Notes: a model not told the origin generated them from the letters alone. Counted from the stretch's first letter, positions 43,248-54,149 are shown. The stretch: 64,000 bases of DNA from Candidatus Aminicenantes bacterium (GCA_011042725.1 DQWD01000234.1:2492-66491), one strand, 5' to 3'. A program made the numbers and translations.

Positions 43248-45389
43248 ATGAAACTAAAGTTTATTTGTTGTCTATTGAGTTTGTTCATCTTCAGTTGTTT
43301 GAGTTTTGGAGCCTCCAATCAATCCCCGGAAGTTTTAACGTTTCCTCGTTTGTCCAAAGCTCCCAAAATTGATGGAGTTTTAGACAATAATCTCTGGGAG
43401 AAAGAAGCTTTAAAGATTGAAGGCTTTCTCCAATTTTTGCCCAAGGAAAAAGGGGAACCCACTCAGAAAACCATTGCTTACGTGGGAATGGACTATCAGA
43501 ATTTATACTTTGCTTTTCGCTGCTTTGATTCTGAACCTCAGAAAATAAGGGCCTCAATCACCAACCGCGACAACATCATGGATGATGATTGGATACTTAT
43601 TTCATTAGACACGTTTAATGAAAAAAGAAGAGCCTTTTGGTTTATATTTAATCCTTTGGGAGTCCAGCTGGATGCTATCAGGATTGAAGAAGGAGGGAAT
43701 GATAATATGAATACCACTTGGGATACGGTTTTTTATTCCGATGGGCGACTGGACGAGGATGGATACACGGTAGAAGTGGCCATTCCCTTTAAGAGCATTC
43801 GCTTTCCCAACGAAAAAGAAAAAAAATGGGGTCTAGTCCTGGGGCGAACTATTGCCCGGTCTGGCGAAATACTTATCTGGCCACCCATGTCCAAATCCAT
43901 CCCTGGCCTTCTTACCCAGGAAACAGAAATTATTATTAAGGGGGAAGTGGCCAAGGGAAAAAACTTCGAAGTAATGCCCGTTTTGACAGGCTTACGAACC
44001 AATGAGGAGAAAGGCGATATTCAACCGGGAGTTAATTTTAAATGGGGAATAAGTTCGGATGTTACGCTGGATTTAACTCTTAATCCCGATTTTAGCCAGA
44101 TTGAAGCCGATGCTCCCCAAATTGACATCAATCGTCGGTTTGCGCTTTATTATCCCGAAAAAAGGCCCTTTTTTTTGGAGGGAATGGAAATATTTAAGTT
44201 CCCTCAGTTAGAAATGGTTTATACCCGGCGAATTATTGATCCCTTAGCCGGGGCCAAGTTAACAGGAAAAGTGGGGCCCGTGGCTTATGGTTTACTGACT
44301 GCCTTGGATACAAGCCCTACCGAAAGCCTCTGGGAGGTTCATAATGGCCAAGGCCAAGCCCTTGATAATGCCCTCTTTAATATTTTGCGAATAAAAACAG
44401 ATGTTTTTTCCGAATCTTACTTGGGCTTTTGTCTAGCCGACAAAGAAATAGATGGCTCTTTTAATCGGGTGTTTGGCTTAGATGGTCAATTAAAATTCAA
44501 AAATAAGTATTTCTTTTCCTTTCAGGCAATGGCCTCCAAGACTAAGTTTGAAGATGATCCAACTCCCTTAGCCCCCGCTCTTTATGCCGATGCCAGTTAT
44601 TTTTCTAAGTATTGGGGAGCTGGTCTTTATTGGCTCTCCATTCATCCCGACTTTGAAGCAGCTTCGGGTTTTATCAATCGGGTTGATTATCGAAGCGTTG
44701 GCAGTTACACCTATTTCTCTCTGTATCCTGAAAAAACGTACTTGAATCAAATAAGGTTAAGCTTCCAAGCCGGCCGGCGATATGATTATTTCAGCTCCAA
44801 TATCCAGGATGAATGGTTTCGCACCCGAGTCAATATTCGCTTGACTGAATTCAACCAGGTTAACCTTAGTTATATTAGGAGCATGGAAGAATACGTCGGG
44901 CAAAATTTTCATAAAAATAATTTTTCCATCAGCACGCAAATTATTTTGTTTAAGTGGTTGAGCCCTTTAGGTTTTGAGTTTGAGACGGGAAATTCTGTTT
45001 ATTACGATCCTGATGATCCCTTTCTGGGTTACGCTAATACTTATGGGTTGTACATGAATTTCAGACCCAGTAAACGTTGGCAAATGGGAGTTACTTTCAG
45101 CAAGCAAACCTTCTGGGAAAAATGGGGTGGTGAGCAACTTTTTGATTATAATGTAATCCGCCAACGCACAACTTATCAAATCTCTAAGGAACTCTCCCTC
45201 CGGGCGATAGTTGATTACAACCATTTTTATAAAAAAGTTTATGGCAGCTTTCTGATGAGTTACATTCTCAAACCCGGGACAGTATTTTTCCTAGGGATCG
45301 AAAACAATCTCCTTCGCGGCGAAAGTGGAAAATACGCCCAGACTGACTATAGTGTTTTTCTGAAATTTTCTTACTGGTGGCGAATTTAG
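43248..45389 (+). CDS. Outer-membrane protein with N-terminal CBM9/DOMON-like domain and large beta-barrel-like C-terminus (DUF5916-like)
   Basis: ORF 43218..45389, with ATG 43248 after GGAGG. It has a signal peptide. PKIDGVLDNNLWEKEA is typical of CBM9-like family members. The C-terminus ends FLKFSYWWRI, an aromatic-rich terminus typical of OMPs. Confidence 0.65.
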   Translation: MKLKFICCLLSLFIFSCLSFGASNQSPEVLTFPRLSKAPKIDGVLDNNLWEKEALKIEGFLQFLPKEKGEPTQKTIAYVGMDYQNLYFAFRCFDSEPQKIRASITNRDNIMDDDWILISLDTFNEKRRAFWFIFNPLGVQLDAIRIEEGGNDNMNTTWDTVFYSDGRLDEDGYTVEVAIPFKSIRFPNEKEKKWGLVLGRTIARSGEILIWPPMSKSIPGLLTQETEIIIKGEVAKGKNFEVMPVLTGLRTNEEKGDIQPGVNFKWGISSDVTLDLTLNPDFSQIEADAPQIDINRRFALYYPEKRPFFLEGMEIFKFPQLEMVYTRRIIDPLAGAKLTGKVGPVAYGLLTALDTSPTESLWEVHNGQGQALDNALFNILRIKTDVFSESYLGFCLADKEIDGSFNRVFGLDGQLKFKNKYFFSFQAMASKTKFEDDPTPLAPALYADASYFSKYWGAGLYWLSIHPDFEAASGFINRVDYRSVGSYTYFSLYPEKTYLNQIRLSFQAGRRYDYFSSNIQDEWFRTRVNIRLTEFNQVNLSYIRSMEEYVGQNFHKNNFSISTQIILFKWLSPLGFEFETGNSVYYDPDDPFLGYANTYGLYMNFRPSKRWQMGVTFSKQTFWEKWGGEQLFDYNVIRQRTTYQISKELSLRAIVDYNHFYKKVYGSFLMSYILKPGTVFFLGIENNLLRGESGKYAQTDYSVFLKFSYWWRI

Positions 45390-45590
45390 TTTCGAGCTAA
45401 GGAAGGATTATAGATTTTTAACCAAGTTTCTCATCTTGGTGACTACCTGGCGGTTGAAAAATAATCATTGCTAAAATTCACTAGGGATAGAAATTGAAGA
45501 TAGAAAAGATGCTTGGAGCAAGAAGAAAACAATAGTCTACCCTTCTTTTCTCTGCTCATCAAATTGTAGCCCCGGTGAGGATGGTGAGTT

Positions 45591-45857
45591 TTAATCAATA
45601 AAGTCGACAATAAATTGGCCACCGGGAAAAACGGTGAGTTTTAAATAAGAATCTTCCGTTTGGCAGAAAAAAATTTCCCGTTGTTCACCCTTGATAAAGT
45701 CTCTTACTCGTTGGCGCCAAATAATCTTTTCTATTTTAATTTTTCTTTCCCCCAATATAATGGCGGAGGGGCGTTCTTGGCCTTGATACCCTTCATAAAA
45801 TTGGAGAGAAAAAGAGAGAGAAGAATTTTTGTTTTTTTCTTTCAATTTCTTCTTCAT
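45591..45857 (-). CDS. Hypothetical small protein (88 aa)
   Basis: ORF only. The composition is protein-like (mixed charged and beta-type residues), but no SD precedes the ATG. It overlaps an equally long plus-strand ORF. Divergent from mfd. Confidence 0.35.
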   Translation of the reverse strand: MKKKLKEKNKNSSLSFSLQFYEGYQGQERPSAIILGERKIKIEKIIWRQRVRDFIKGEQREIFFCQTEDSYLKLTVFPGGQFIVDFID

Positions 45858-45958
45858 GATGGAATGTTATGGTGTTTTTGTCAACCTGATAAGAATCTTT
45901 TTCTTTTCAGGGCCGAGAATTCTTCAAGGTTAAGCTATAATATTATTTAGGTTAAGAA

Positions 45959-48900
45959 ATGAGCTTGGGTTTTATTTTTGCGAAAAAAGAATTTGCCGAG
46001 CTTTTGTCGGTAGTTGAAGATAACCAGCTGTCTATTTGCGTTTCGGGTTTACCTCCTCCGGCGCGGCCTTTTCTCTTGGCGGCCTTGCTATCGAAAACAA
46101 CCCGGCCTATTGTTTATCTCCGCCCCCATTCCCGGGATTTGAGTGATTTTAAGCAAAATTTAAATTTTTACTTGTCCCTAATGGCTCCCCAGGCTAAGGC
46201 TCATGTTTTATCTCCTTTAGGTGATAACCCTTATGCTGATTTTCCACCTTCCTTAGAATCAGTTGCCACCCGGATGAAGTATTTTTATACTTTGCACCAT
46301 CGAATACCTCACGTAACGCTAACCAATCCGCTGGGCTTACTTAAAAGAATGCCTAGTGCTTCGCTGTTACCTAATTTTTTTCTAGAAATTGCCGAAAAAC
46401 AGGAATTTCCCCGGGATCGACTAATCAACTGGTTAATAGCTAGCGGCTATCAAAGACAAGACATAGTTGGTTCTCCAGGAGAATGTGCGTGGCGGGGAGG
46501 AGTAGTTGATGTTTTTTCGCCTTGGCGATCTTTTCCATTTCGATTGGAATTTAGTGGCGATGAAATTGTTTCCTTGCGAGAATTTCATCCCCAAACTCAA
46601 AGGTCGCAACGGGGCTTGAAGCGGATTGTTCTCCCAGGATTGAATGAATATCCTTCTAACTTGGCGGACCGGGTTCAGTGGAAACAAGTAGTAGCGGCTG
46701 ATCAGCAGCCATCTTGTATTGAAGATTTAGAGAAAAAGATCGAAGCAGTGGAAAATGGAGATTGTTTCCCGGCTTTTAATTTTATGGCGGCCCTTGATCA
46801 TTCTTTATTTGTTTCCTTCCTTTCTTATTTCCAAAACGCCTTTTTTATTTTGGAAGATAGCCAGGAAATGATGACTCAGTGGGATAAACACTGGGACTTT
46901 TTACAAAAAGAAAGAGCAGCGTTCGAGCGAGAACGGAAGTTTGCCCCCTCTCCCGGTAAAATTTTCGATGTCGATGCCTGGGAAAAATTAATTCAACAAG
47001 CGATGAGCTGGGAAGAAATTGGCCCTCGCCAGCGAAAAATTATTAATTTTTCTTTTCAAACTGCTCCCCGTTTTCATAATCGTCTTCCCTTTTTCATTGA
47101 ATATTTGAGAAAGAAAGTGGCCGAGGGCAATAAAATAGCCATTTTTCTGGCCACCCCTGCTCTTCGAGAAAGAATGTCCTTGATTCTCCAAGAACATGCC
47201 CTTCCCAGTCAGGTTGAAACAGATCCTCTCCGCTGGCCCCCGCGGGAGGAAATTTCAATTTATCAGGGCTTGCTAGAGAGAGGTTTTAGTTCGCCTCAAG
47301 ATAGGGTGTTCATTTTTGCCCAAGAAGATATTCTTACCGAAGAAAGAGTTGTTAGGCATCGCCGGCGAAATCAGCCATTTCTTTCCAGCTTTCAAGACCT
47401 GAAAAAGGGAGATTATATCCTTCATGCTGATTACGGCTTGGGCTTGTTCAAGGGCTTAGTTAAATTGCCGGTCGATGGCCTTTATCAAGACTTTATTGAG
47501 CTAGAGTATCGAGATGGAGACAAATTGTATGTTCCTGTTGAGGATCTTAGTCTCCTCCAGAAATATACGCCGATGGGCACTTCTTCTCCTTCTTTACACA
47601 AACTTGGCACCGCCACCTGGGATAGGATTAAGGCGCGCGCTAAAAAAGCTATCGAGGAGATGGCGCAAGAGCTTCTTGATCTTTATGCGCAGCGCAAGGC
47701 TCTTCAAGGTGTTCCCTTTGCTCCGGGGGGAGAGTGGGAACAAGAATTTTCTCAAGCCTTTGAATATACCGAGACTGAAGACCAGCTCCGGGCTATTGAG
47801 GAAGTGCTTCAGGATATGGAATCTCAATCTCCGATGGATCGATTGCTTTGTGGAGATGTTGGCTATGGAAAAACTGAAGTGGCTCTGCGGGCCTGTTTTA
47901 GGGCAGTGATGAATGGCAAGCAAGTTGCCGTCCTCTGCCCAACAACTGTGTTGGCTAGCCAACATTTAGCTACTTTTCGCCGCCGAATGTCTTTGTTTCC
48001 CGTTCGGATTGAAGCTTTAACCCGGTTTCAAACTCCATCCCAGCAGAAAGCTATCGTCAAAGATTTGAAAAAAGGGTTGATTGATGTGGTTATCGGTACT
48101 CATCGACTTCTTTCTTCAGACGTGAGTTTTAAAGATTTAGGCCTTTTAATCGTCGATGAAGAACAGCGTTTTGGTGTTCGCCATAAAGAAAAGATTAAGC
48201 AAATGAAAACCACGGTCGATGTCTTAACCATGACCGCCACCCCTATCCCCAGAACTCTAAACTTTTCTCTCTATGGGCTCCGCGATATAAGCCTAATTGA
48301 AACTCCTCCGCGCGATCGATTAGCCGTTCATACCGTTGTTGTTCCTTTTAACCGGCAGATAATTGAAGCGGCCATCAGGAAGGAATTGGCCCGAGAGGGG
48401 CAAGTTTATTTTATTCATAACCGAGTAGATGACATTGAAGCTATTGCTGAAAAAATTCGTCACTGGATTCCCGAAGCCAGAGTTGTGGTGTTGCATGGTC
48501 AGATGCGTAGTTCTGTTCTGGAAAAAAGAATGATCGAGTTTATTCATCATCACTACGATGTCTTAGTTTCAACGGCCATCATTGAAAATGGCATTGATAT
48601 TCCTTTGGTCAATACCTTAATTGTTAATCGAGCCGACCGCTTTGGTTTGGCCCAGCTTTATCAACTCCGAGGCAGGGTGGGGCGTTCTTCTCGGCAAGCT
48701 TACGCCTATTTCCTCGTGCCGCCTTATTCTTCTTTATCCCCTTCAGCCCGGGAGAGATTACGGGCCATTCAAGAATTTACGGCCTTAGGTTCCGGGTTTA
48801 GACTGGCAGCCAGAGATTTAGAGATAAGAGGGGCCGGAGAATTGTTAGGAGAGAGGCAGCATGGTTTATTGGCGACAGTAGGATTCGATTTTTATTTAAA

Positions 48901-49405
48901 GCTTTTGGAGCAGACAGTCAAGGAACTGAAAGGAGAGGAGTATCCCGGAAAATTGAAATGTGAGATAAACTTAAGAGTAAATATCAGAATTCCCGAAGAC
49001 TACCTTCCCCAAATCAGTCTACGGTTAAATCTTTATAAAAGGATTTCGGCAATAGAGCAGCTGAGTGACTTGGAGAAGATTAGAGAGGAAATTATTGATC
49101 GATATGGGCCTCTTCCACCTGAAGTTGAGAATTTACTGGTTTATGGAGCTATTAAGTGTTTAGCCCAACAAATTTATGTCAAGAGCTTGGATAGATTAGG
49201 TCAGCGGCTGGTTATCAATTTTCATCAGCCAGCTTTACCTCGCCTTCCCCAGATTATTAGAGCTATGCAGAAAAAGAAAGGACATTTGACGCCGCAGGGA
49301 GTCCTTTCTTTGCCCTTAAGAAGCCAAACGGAAAAAGGCCTTCTTGAGGAAACTAAATTAATCTTGCTGGAGTTTAAAAGAATATATTATAATGTCGAGA
49401 ACTGA
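45959..49405 (+). CDS. mfd: Transcription-repair coupling factor
   Basis: 1148-aa ORF with a UvrB-homology N-terminus, a CarD/RID-like region ([15 protein letters not shown]), and helicase motifs [11 protein letters not shown] and DEEQRFG. Confidence 0.95.
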   Translation: MSLGFIFAKKEFAELLSVVEDNQLSICVSGLPPPARPFLLAALLSKTTRPIVYLRPHSRDLSDFKQNLNFYLSLMAPQAKAHVLSPLGDNPYADFPPSLESVATRMKYFYTLHHRIPHVTLTNPLGLLKRMPSASLLPNFFLEIAEKQEFPRDRLINWLIASGYQRQDIVGSPGECAWRGGVVDVFSPWRSFPFRLEFSGDEIVSLREFHPQTQRSQRGLKRIVLPGLNEYPSNLADRVQWKQVVAADQQPSCIEDLEKKIEAVENGDCFPAFNFMAALDHSLFVSFLSYFQNAFFILEDSQEMMTQWDKHWDFLQKERAAFERERKFAPSPGKIFDVDAWEKLIQQAMSWEEIGPRQRKIINFSFQTAPRFHNRLPFFIEYLRKKVAEGNKIAIFLATPALRERMSLILQEHALPSQVETDPLRWPPREEISIYQGLLERGFSSPQDRVFIFAQEDILTEERVVRHRRRNQPFLSSFQDLKKGDYILHADYGLGLFKGLVKLPVDGLYQDFIELEYRDGDKLYVPVEDLSLLQKYTPMGTSSPSLHKLGTATWDRIKARAKKAIEEMAQELLDLYAQRKALQGVPFAPGGEWEQEFSQAFEYTETEDQLRAIEEVLQDMESQSPMDRLLCGDVGYGKTEVALRACFRAVMNGKQVAVLCPTTVLASQHLATFRRRMSLFPVRIEALTRFQTPSQQKAIVKDLKKGLIDVVIGTHRLLSSDVSFKDLGLLIVDEEQRFGVRHKEKIKQMKTTVDVLTMTATPIPRTLNFSLYGLRDISLIETPPRDRLAVHTVVVPFNRQIIEAAIRKELAREGQVYFIHNRVDDIEAIAEKIRHWIPEARVVVLHGQMRSSVLEKRMIEFIHHHYDVLVSTAIIENGIDIPLVNTLIVNRADRFGLAQLYQLRGRVGRSSRQAYAYFLVPPYSSLSPSARERLRAIQEFTALGSGFRLAARDLEIRGAGELLGERQHGLLATVGFDFYLKLLEQTVKELKGEEYPGKLKCEINLRVNIRIPEDYLPQISLRLNLYKRISAIEQLSDLEKIREEIIDRYGPLPPEVENLLVYGAIKCLAQQIYVKSLDRLGQRLVINFHQPALPRLPQIIRAMQKKKGHLTPQGVLSLPLRSQTEKGLLEETKLILLEFKRIYYNVEN

Positions 49406-49411
49406 AAATAA

Positions 49412-50386
49412 ATGAATAAGATAGGAAAAAAAAAGAGTTTATGGTTGCTGATGATTATTTTAAGCCAATTTTTGATAAGTCAGTGCTCATCGCCCCAGGA
49501 ATCAGGCCCAGAAAATTCAATTTCTGAGGCTCCTGCCAAAGATTTGGCTTCGGTCATCTTGCGGGTGGGGCCAAAGGAATACACTAATGCTGATTTTGCA
49601 GCTTACCTAACAATGAGCGTGGGCAAGGGCCGGGAAGAATTGCCACTCGAAGCTTTAAACGAACTAGTGATTAACTTTGTTGAAGATAAACTTCTTTTGG
49701 CGGCGGCGGAACAAAAGGGAATTGTGGTCACTTGGCCCGAGATTAAGAGTTACTTGGCCCGGATGAAAGCTAATTTATCCACAACGGAGCCGATTCAAAC
49801 CAGTGAGGAATTGGAATCCTTGAAAGAAGCTCTTCTTATTGAAAAATACATAGAAACAGTTGTTGCTGATGTTGAGGTTAAGGAAGATGAAATGCGCCAA
49901 TACTACCAAGAGCATAAAAGAGATTTTCTGCTAGCTGACCGGGTTCAGGTTAGTCAAATACTAGTCAATTCCGAGGAAAAAGCAGTGGAGCTTCGTCAAC
50001 AGTTACAAGAGGCCGATGAACAGAAATTTAGAGAAGTAGCACGTCAAAATTCTCTCGGTGTTGAAGCAGCCCAAGGTGGATTGATGGGAGTATTTGAGAT
50101 GGGCCAGCTTCCCTATGCCTTTGATAAAGTTGTTTTCACCTTGGAAGAAGGGCAGCTGAGTCGGGTTATTGAGTCCAGTTATGGCTATCACATCTTTCGG
50201 CTAGACAAAAAGATTCCGGCTGAACTTATGTCTTTTGATCAAGCTAAGGAAAAGATTCGGATCAAGGTTTTGGAAATAAAAATAAAGAATAGGTTGCAAG
50301 AACATCTCCAATGGCTAAAAGAAAATCTTGATTGGATTTTTCTTCCTGAAAATCTAACCTTTCCCTACCAGAGGAAAAAACAATGA
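49412..50386 (+). CDS. Parvulin-type peptidyl-prolyl isomerase, periplasmic chaperone (SurA/PpiD-like)
   Basis: 324-aa ORF with a signal/lipoprotein-like N-terminus (LMIILSQFLISQCSS) and a parvulin core (VSQILV...GGLMGVFEMGQLPYAFDKVVF...SSYGYHIFRLD). Confidence 0.75.
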   Translation: MNKIGKKKSLWLLMIILSQFLISQCSSPQESGPENSISEAPAKDLASVILRVGPKEYTNADFAAYLTMSVGKGREELPLEALNELVINFVEDKLLLAAAEQKGIVVTWPEIKSYLARMKANLSTTEPIQTSEELESLKEALLIEKYIETVVADVEVKEDEMRQYYQEHKRDFLLADRVQVSQILVNSEEKAVELRQQLQEADEQKFREVARQNSLGVEAAQGGLMGVFEMGQLPYAFDKVVFTLEEGQLSRVIESSYGYHIFRLDKKIPAELMSFDQAKEKIRIKVLEIKIKNRLQEHLQWLKENLDWIFLPENLTFPYQRKKQ

Positions 50387-51375
50387 TTAAGAAAGTAGTT
50401 ATGTTTGTCCTAATTTGTTTCTTGCTGAGCAATTCTCTATTTTTTAGTCAAGAGCAAAATAAAGAAAAAGTTGTCGAAGCAATAGTGGCTATTGTCAACG
50501 AAGATATTATCACCTTGAGTGATTTTAAGAGGGAGCATGATAATTTATATATGCTCCTTCGGTCTCAATTCCAAGGGGAAGAATTTTCCCAACAGTACGA
50601 GAAACTGAGCAAGGAACTATTGAACACGATGATAACCGAACTTCTCTTGCTGCAGGAAGCCAGAAAGATGGGAATAGATGTTTCCGAGCAAGTAAAAATG
50701 GCCATCGAGAACATAAAAAAAGAAAATGGACTGGAAACAGATGAGCAATTGCGACGGGCTTTGGCTCAACAAGGCATAGAGTTTAACGTTTGGAAGCAGA
50801 AGATGGAGGAAAATTTTCTAAAGCAGAACGTTATTTATTCCAATATTAACCGGGAAATTGTGATTGAAGATTCCGAGGTGATCAGCTATTACAAGCAGCA
50901 TCCTGATGAATTCACCGAACCAGAGGAATATAATTTAAAAGCTATTTTCTTAGATGGGGAAAGTCGCCCGGCTGAAGACATTGAGGGAGTAAAGCAGGAA
51001 ATATTAGCCAAAATAAATCAAGGAAGTGATTTTGGCGATGTAGCGGCTGAATATTCAGATGGACCTTTCAAGGAAAATAAAGGTGAATTGGGAAGTTTTA
51101 AGAAAGGAGAATTAGAACCCACGCTGGAAAAAGCAGTGTTAAAGCTCCAGCCGGGAGAAATCAGTTCTTGGTTGCACGTGAGAAACGGGTGGTACCTGTT
51201 AAAATTAGTTAGCAGGAAGGAAAGTCGCCTCCGGAGTTTTGAAGAAGTCAAATCGGCTATTGAAGAAAAATTATTTGAACAGAAAAGAGAAGTGAAATCT
51301 CAGGAATTCATTGCCAACTTGAAGAAAAGAAGTTTTATTAAGATTTTAATCTCTAATCCATTAGACTGGATTTGA
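50383..51375 (+). CDS. SurA-like periplasmic chaperone with parvulin domain
   Basis: 330-aa ORF with a signal peptide, a SurA_N-like helical region (IVAIVNEDIITLSDF...) and a parvulin core (GELGSFKKGELEPTLEKAV...GWYLLKL). 4-nt overlap with the upstream gene. Confidence 0.8.
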   Translation: MIKKVVMFVLICFLLSNSLFFSQEQNKEKVVEAIVAIVNEDIITLSDFKREHDNLYMLLRSQFQGEEFSQQYEKLSKELLNTMITELLLLQEARKMGIDVSEQVKMAIENIKKENGLETDEQLRRALAQQGIEFNVWKQKMEENFLKQNVIYSNINREIVIEDSEVISYYKQHPDEFTEPEEYNLKAIFLDGESRPAEDIEGVKQEILAKINQGSDFGDVAAEYSDGPFKENKGELGSFKKGELEPTLEKAVLKLQPGEISSWLHVRNGWYLLKLVSRKESRLRSFEEVKSAIEEKLFEQKREVKSQEFIANLKKRSFIKILISNPLDWI

Positions 51376-51378
51376 GTG

Positions 51379-51930
51379 TCAAGTAACTAAGACAGCGGCC
51401 GAGAGGGCGGTGGTCCACTTTCCCTTGGTTCCATAAGCAGTTTGAGTGATGCTTTCAGTACGGAAGTGAAGGCCCTCGGCAATATCAATTCGGTGTTTGT
51501 CTTCTGGAGAGCGGGAGTCCTCGGATATTTCTTTGCCAAAAGCATTGGCCAAGAGAGTTGCGGCTAACCATTCTGCTTTTTGGCTGACTTCTTCAGCTTT
51601 CATGTTAACGGCTTTAAATTCATACAGATAACCGTGATGGTTAAATATATTGGGAATAGCCATCCCAATTGAGGCAGCGATTAATTGATTGGGTTCATTG
51701 GTAGCGATCTCGCTTAAAACCACGAACACAATTTGACCTGGCTCTAGAAGACGGAGGCCTTCTTTTGGGGAAATTATTGCGCATCTTGGGGGTAAGATAC
51801 TAGAAACTTTGACCAGGTTAAAGGCAGAAAGGCCTGCTTCTCTTAAAGCCAGGTCAAAACTGACTAACTGGTCTTCATGGGTACCCTTACCGCGAGTCAG
51901 AAAAAGTTTTTTCGGCATAAGACTACTCAT
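51379..51930 (-). CDS. pdaD: Pyruvoyl-dependent arginine decarboxylase
   Basis: 183-aa ORF. LTRGKGTHEDQLVSFDLALREAGLSAFNLVKVSSILPP contains the Ser-Ser self-cleavage site context of PdaD/AaxB enzymes. Confidence 0.85.
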   Translation of the reverse strand: MSSLMPKKLFLTRGKGTHEDQLVSFDLALREAGLSAFNLVKVSSILPPRCAIISPKEGLRLLEPGQIVFVVLSEIATNEPNQLIAASIGMAIPNIFNHHGYLYEFKAVNMKAEEVSQKAEWLAATLLANAFGKEISEDSRSPEDKHRIDIAEGLHFRTESITQTAYGTKGKWTTALSAAVLVT

Positions 51931-51979
51931 CTTTCTCGGTTTCCTTTCTCCATTTCCTTATTTTTTAGGTTAAAAAGAC

Positions 51980-52594
51980 TTACTTTATCTCTTCTTTCTT
52001 TTTTTCGGAGCTTAATTTTTCTGATGAGTCTTGTTTTTCCTTGATTTTCTTTTTTTCCGGAAGCCCAACAGGCTCGGGCTCTTCGAATTCGATTTTTTTA
52101 GACACCTCCCATTCACCAAGCAACACGTACTGGGAACCTTTGGATTGAGCAAAAAGTTTAACGAAAACCGTCTTCCAGTAGGGGTTCTTTTCAAAAGACT
52201 CCTTTGTTTTACCTTCAACACCATAGTTGCTCTTGAGAGTGATTACATCACTTGTTTCTCCCGGGAGAACGGGATCATTACGGATGGCAGCTAAAAAACA
52301 ATCGCCCAGATTTTCATAATCATCTTTAAAGCGAAAGTTGGCATTGAAATTGATATACCTTAAAGGTTTGTCAGAGATATTTTTTACTCGAAAAGAGATG
52401 GCCGGCACCAGAATAAGTTTTGCTGGCCACGGCTGGTAGTATTTTTTTACCCATTTGGTTTCGACGTCGATTATTTCGATAGAATTTTTTAACTCATCGG
52501 GGGAGACTGTTCTCCAGAGGCCAGTTTTTTCGAAAATGTAAGCTAAAATAATACCGGCGACAATGATAACTAGGATGAAGGCCCATCTTCTCAT
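51980..52594 (-). CDS. Hypothetical N-terminally membrane-anchored protein with Lys/Glu-rich tail
   Basis: ORF 51980..52756. I prefer ATG 52594, preceded by AGGAGG (MRRWAFILVIIVAGIILAYIF...). It has a single TM helix, a ~150-aa beta-rich domain and a KE-rich C-terminus. Confidence 0.55.
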   Translation of the reverse strand: MRRWAFILVIIVAGIILAYIFEKTGLWRTVSPDELKNSIEIIDVETKWVKKYYQPWPAKLILVPAISFRVKNISDKPLRYINFNANFRFKDDYENLGDCFLAAIRNDPVLPGETSDVITLKSNYGVEGKTKESFEKNPYWKTVFVKLFAQSKGSQYVLLGEWEVSKKIEFEEPEPVGLPEKKKIKEKQDSSEKLSSEKKKEEIK

Positions 52595-52936
52595 CTCATC
52601 CTCCTTGTTTAAGTTGTGGCCATATTTAATATAGGAGAGAATTTCAAGAGATGCAAACCTAAAATCAAAAAAAATGTGGCGATCTAAAGATTTTTGGCGA
52701 TTGGAGTTTAATCGGGAAGTTAGACAGTTAGACCGGAGAGAATAACTACAGGCCACCTTATTTCTCGCTTCATGGGAAGGCAGAAGGCCATTTCATTGAG
52801 TGATGACGAGTAAGGTGATAAGCTAAATTCGTGGAACCGCTATTTAGTGAGAAACCAGCTCTTATGGTTTGGCTTCGCCTTAACCTAGTAACTCATTCCT
52901 GTCACTTGGGGACAAAACCTAAGCTTTAGTTGAGCT

Positions 52937-54145
52937 CTAATCAGAAGGACTCTGAGGCATAATCTCGGAGACAGGAACTGGTTGACAGTCATACTCAGAG
53001 AAGAGATCTTGATTTTCTTTCAGAATCAATAATGTTTCTTCCCAAGGATGCCCAATAGCCACCGCCCATCCATCATGACGAGCCCGCTGGAGAAGTTTGA
53101 TAAATTGTTCCTTTATCTTGGGCGATGATACTTCATTATCGAGAAATATTTTACGATAGGATGTTGGTATATTTAGTGATTTGGCAATTTGATAGGCTAC
53201 TGATTGGTTGGTGGTGCGGCTATCAATAAAAATTAACCCCCTTTTCTTAATCTCTTGGAGAATGATGGTCATTAACCGGGGATTGGAGGTTATTAGCGAA
53301 CCTTGATGATTGTTAACCCCAATGGCATAAGGAATATTTTGGAGACAATCATTAATGAAAGCTACTATTTCCGGAGTCGCCATTTGGGAATGAATCATAG
53401 ACATTGAAGAAGAGGGGGAATTCCCATGGGAATTATTATTTCCAGGGAGGGGTTCAAGGGGCAGATGAAGGAGGACCTCTAACCCGTATTGATGGGCCAA
53501 TTGAGCTGTTTCTTGAGCAAATTGACTATGGGGGAGAATGGCAATGGTGACTGGGTAACCTAGGCGACAAATGGAATCAATGGCCTTTAAACTATTGCCC
53601 ATATCATCGATAATAATAGCTACTTTATTTTGTCTCTTAATTTGAGTTAGGGAGGAAGAAAGAGTTTTTCTTGACCTCAGAAGGCGAAGGGGACTTTGAA
53701 AAAGGATAACCACTTTATTTTGGTCACGGGTAATATTCCATAGATGATAGGAAGTTGTCCCGAGCTGGTGTTGTTCAATAAGGGGGGAGCCATATTTCTG
53801 GCTAGCCAATTGCTTTTTCAGGGAGGGGACTAATTGGGAATACTCGTGAGCTGGAAGATTAACCAACACATGAAGGGTATTTTGATTATCTAGATGAGAT
53901 TGAACAGCGTCTTTGGGTACTCCCAGGCGGAAAAGGGTCGACAGAATGACATCGGCCAGAGAAGGAGAAATATAAGTTGAAGAAGAAGTCTTGGGCTGGG
54001 AGAGAGAAGAGCGAAAAAAATAAGATGATTGTCTTTGTTTAGAGGCAATATAATCGAGGGTAATAATACAGAAAAGAGAAAGGGCACCGAGGAAAAAAAC
54101 AATTGTTTGTTTTTTCTTGGTGAGATTTTTCGGTTGTAAACCCAA
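52937..54145 (-). CDS. yibQ: Divergent polysaccharide deacetylase family protein (YibQ-like)
   Basis: 402-aa ORF with a TTG start 4 nt after the upstream stop. It has an N-terminal TM anchor. KVAIIIDDMGNS, VTIAILPH and LLHLPLEP are YibQ-family hallmarks. Confidence 0.8.
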   Translation of the reverse strand: MGLQPKNLTKKKQTIVFFLGALSLFCIITLDYIASKQRQSSYFFRSSLSQPKTSSSTYISPSLADVILSTLFRLGVPKDAVQSHLDNQNTLHVLVNLPAHEYSQLVPSLKKQLASQKYGSPLIEQHQLGTTSYHLWNITRDQNKVVILFQSPLRLLRSRKTLSSSLTQIKRQNKVAIIIDDMGNSLKAIDSICRLGYPVTIAILPHSQFAQETAQLAHQYGLEVLLHLPLEPLPGNNNSHGNSPSSSMSMIHSQMATPEIVAFINDCLQNIPYAIGVNNHQGSLITSNPRLMTIILQEIKKRGLIFIDSRTTNQSVAYQIAKSLNIPTSYRKIFLDNEVSSPKIKEQFIKLLQRARHDGWAVAIGHPWEETLLILKENQDLFSEYDCQPVPVSEIMPQSPSD

Positions 54146-54149
54146 AGTT

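Noticed and set aside
45660-45950. 96-aa plus-strand ORF overlapping the 88-aa minus-strand ORF upstream of mfd.
   Set aside because: It has an aromatic/Leu-rich, low-complexity composition typical of an antisense frame. The minus-strand ORF is kept, only at low confidence. Neither may be real.
47514-47965. 131-aa plus-strand (alternative frame) and 123-aa minus-strand ORFs inside mfd. Similar internal ORFs occur in other long genes (for example 23229..23576, 6060..6383 and 31542..31823).
   Set aside because: They are embedded in strongly conserved CDSs and have no independent start signals or motifs.
52754-52817. Possible SRP (4.5S) RNA. The stretch GGGAAGGCAGAAGGCC...GATGACGAG loosely recalls GGAAGGAAGCAGCC...GATGACG of domain IV.
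   Set aside because: The conserved GNRA tetraloop closing helix 8 and the symmetric/asymmetric loop sequences are not reproduced in the correct order or spacing. The similarity is limited to short purine words.
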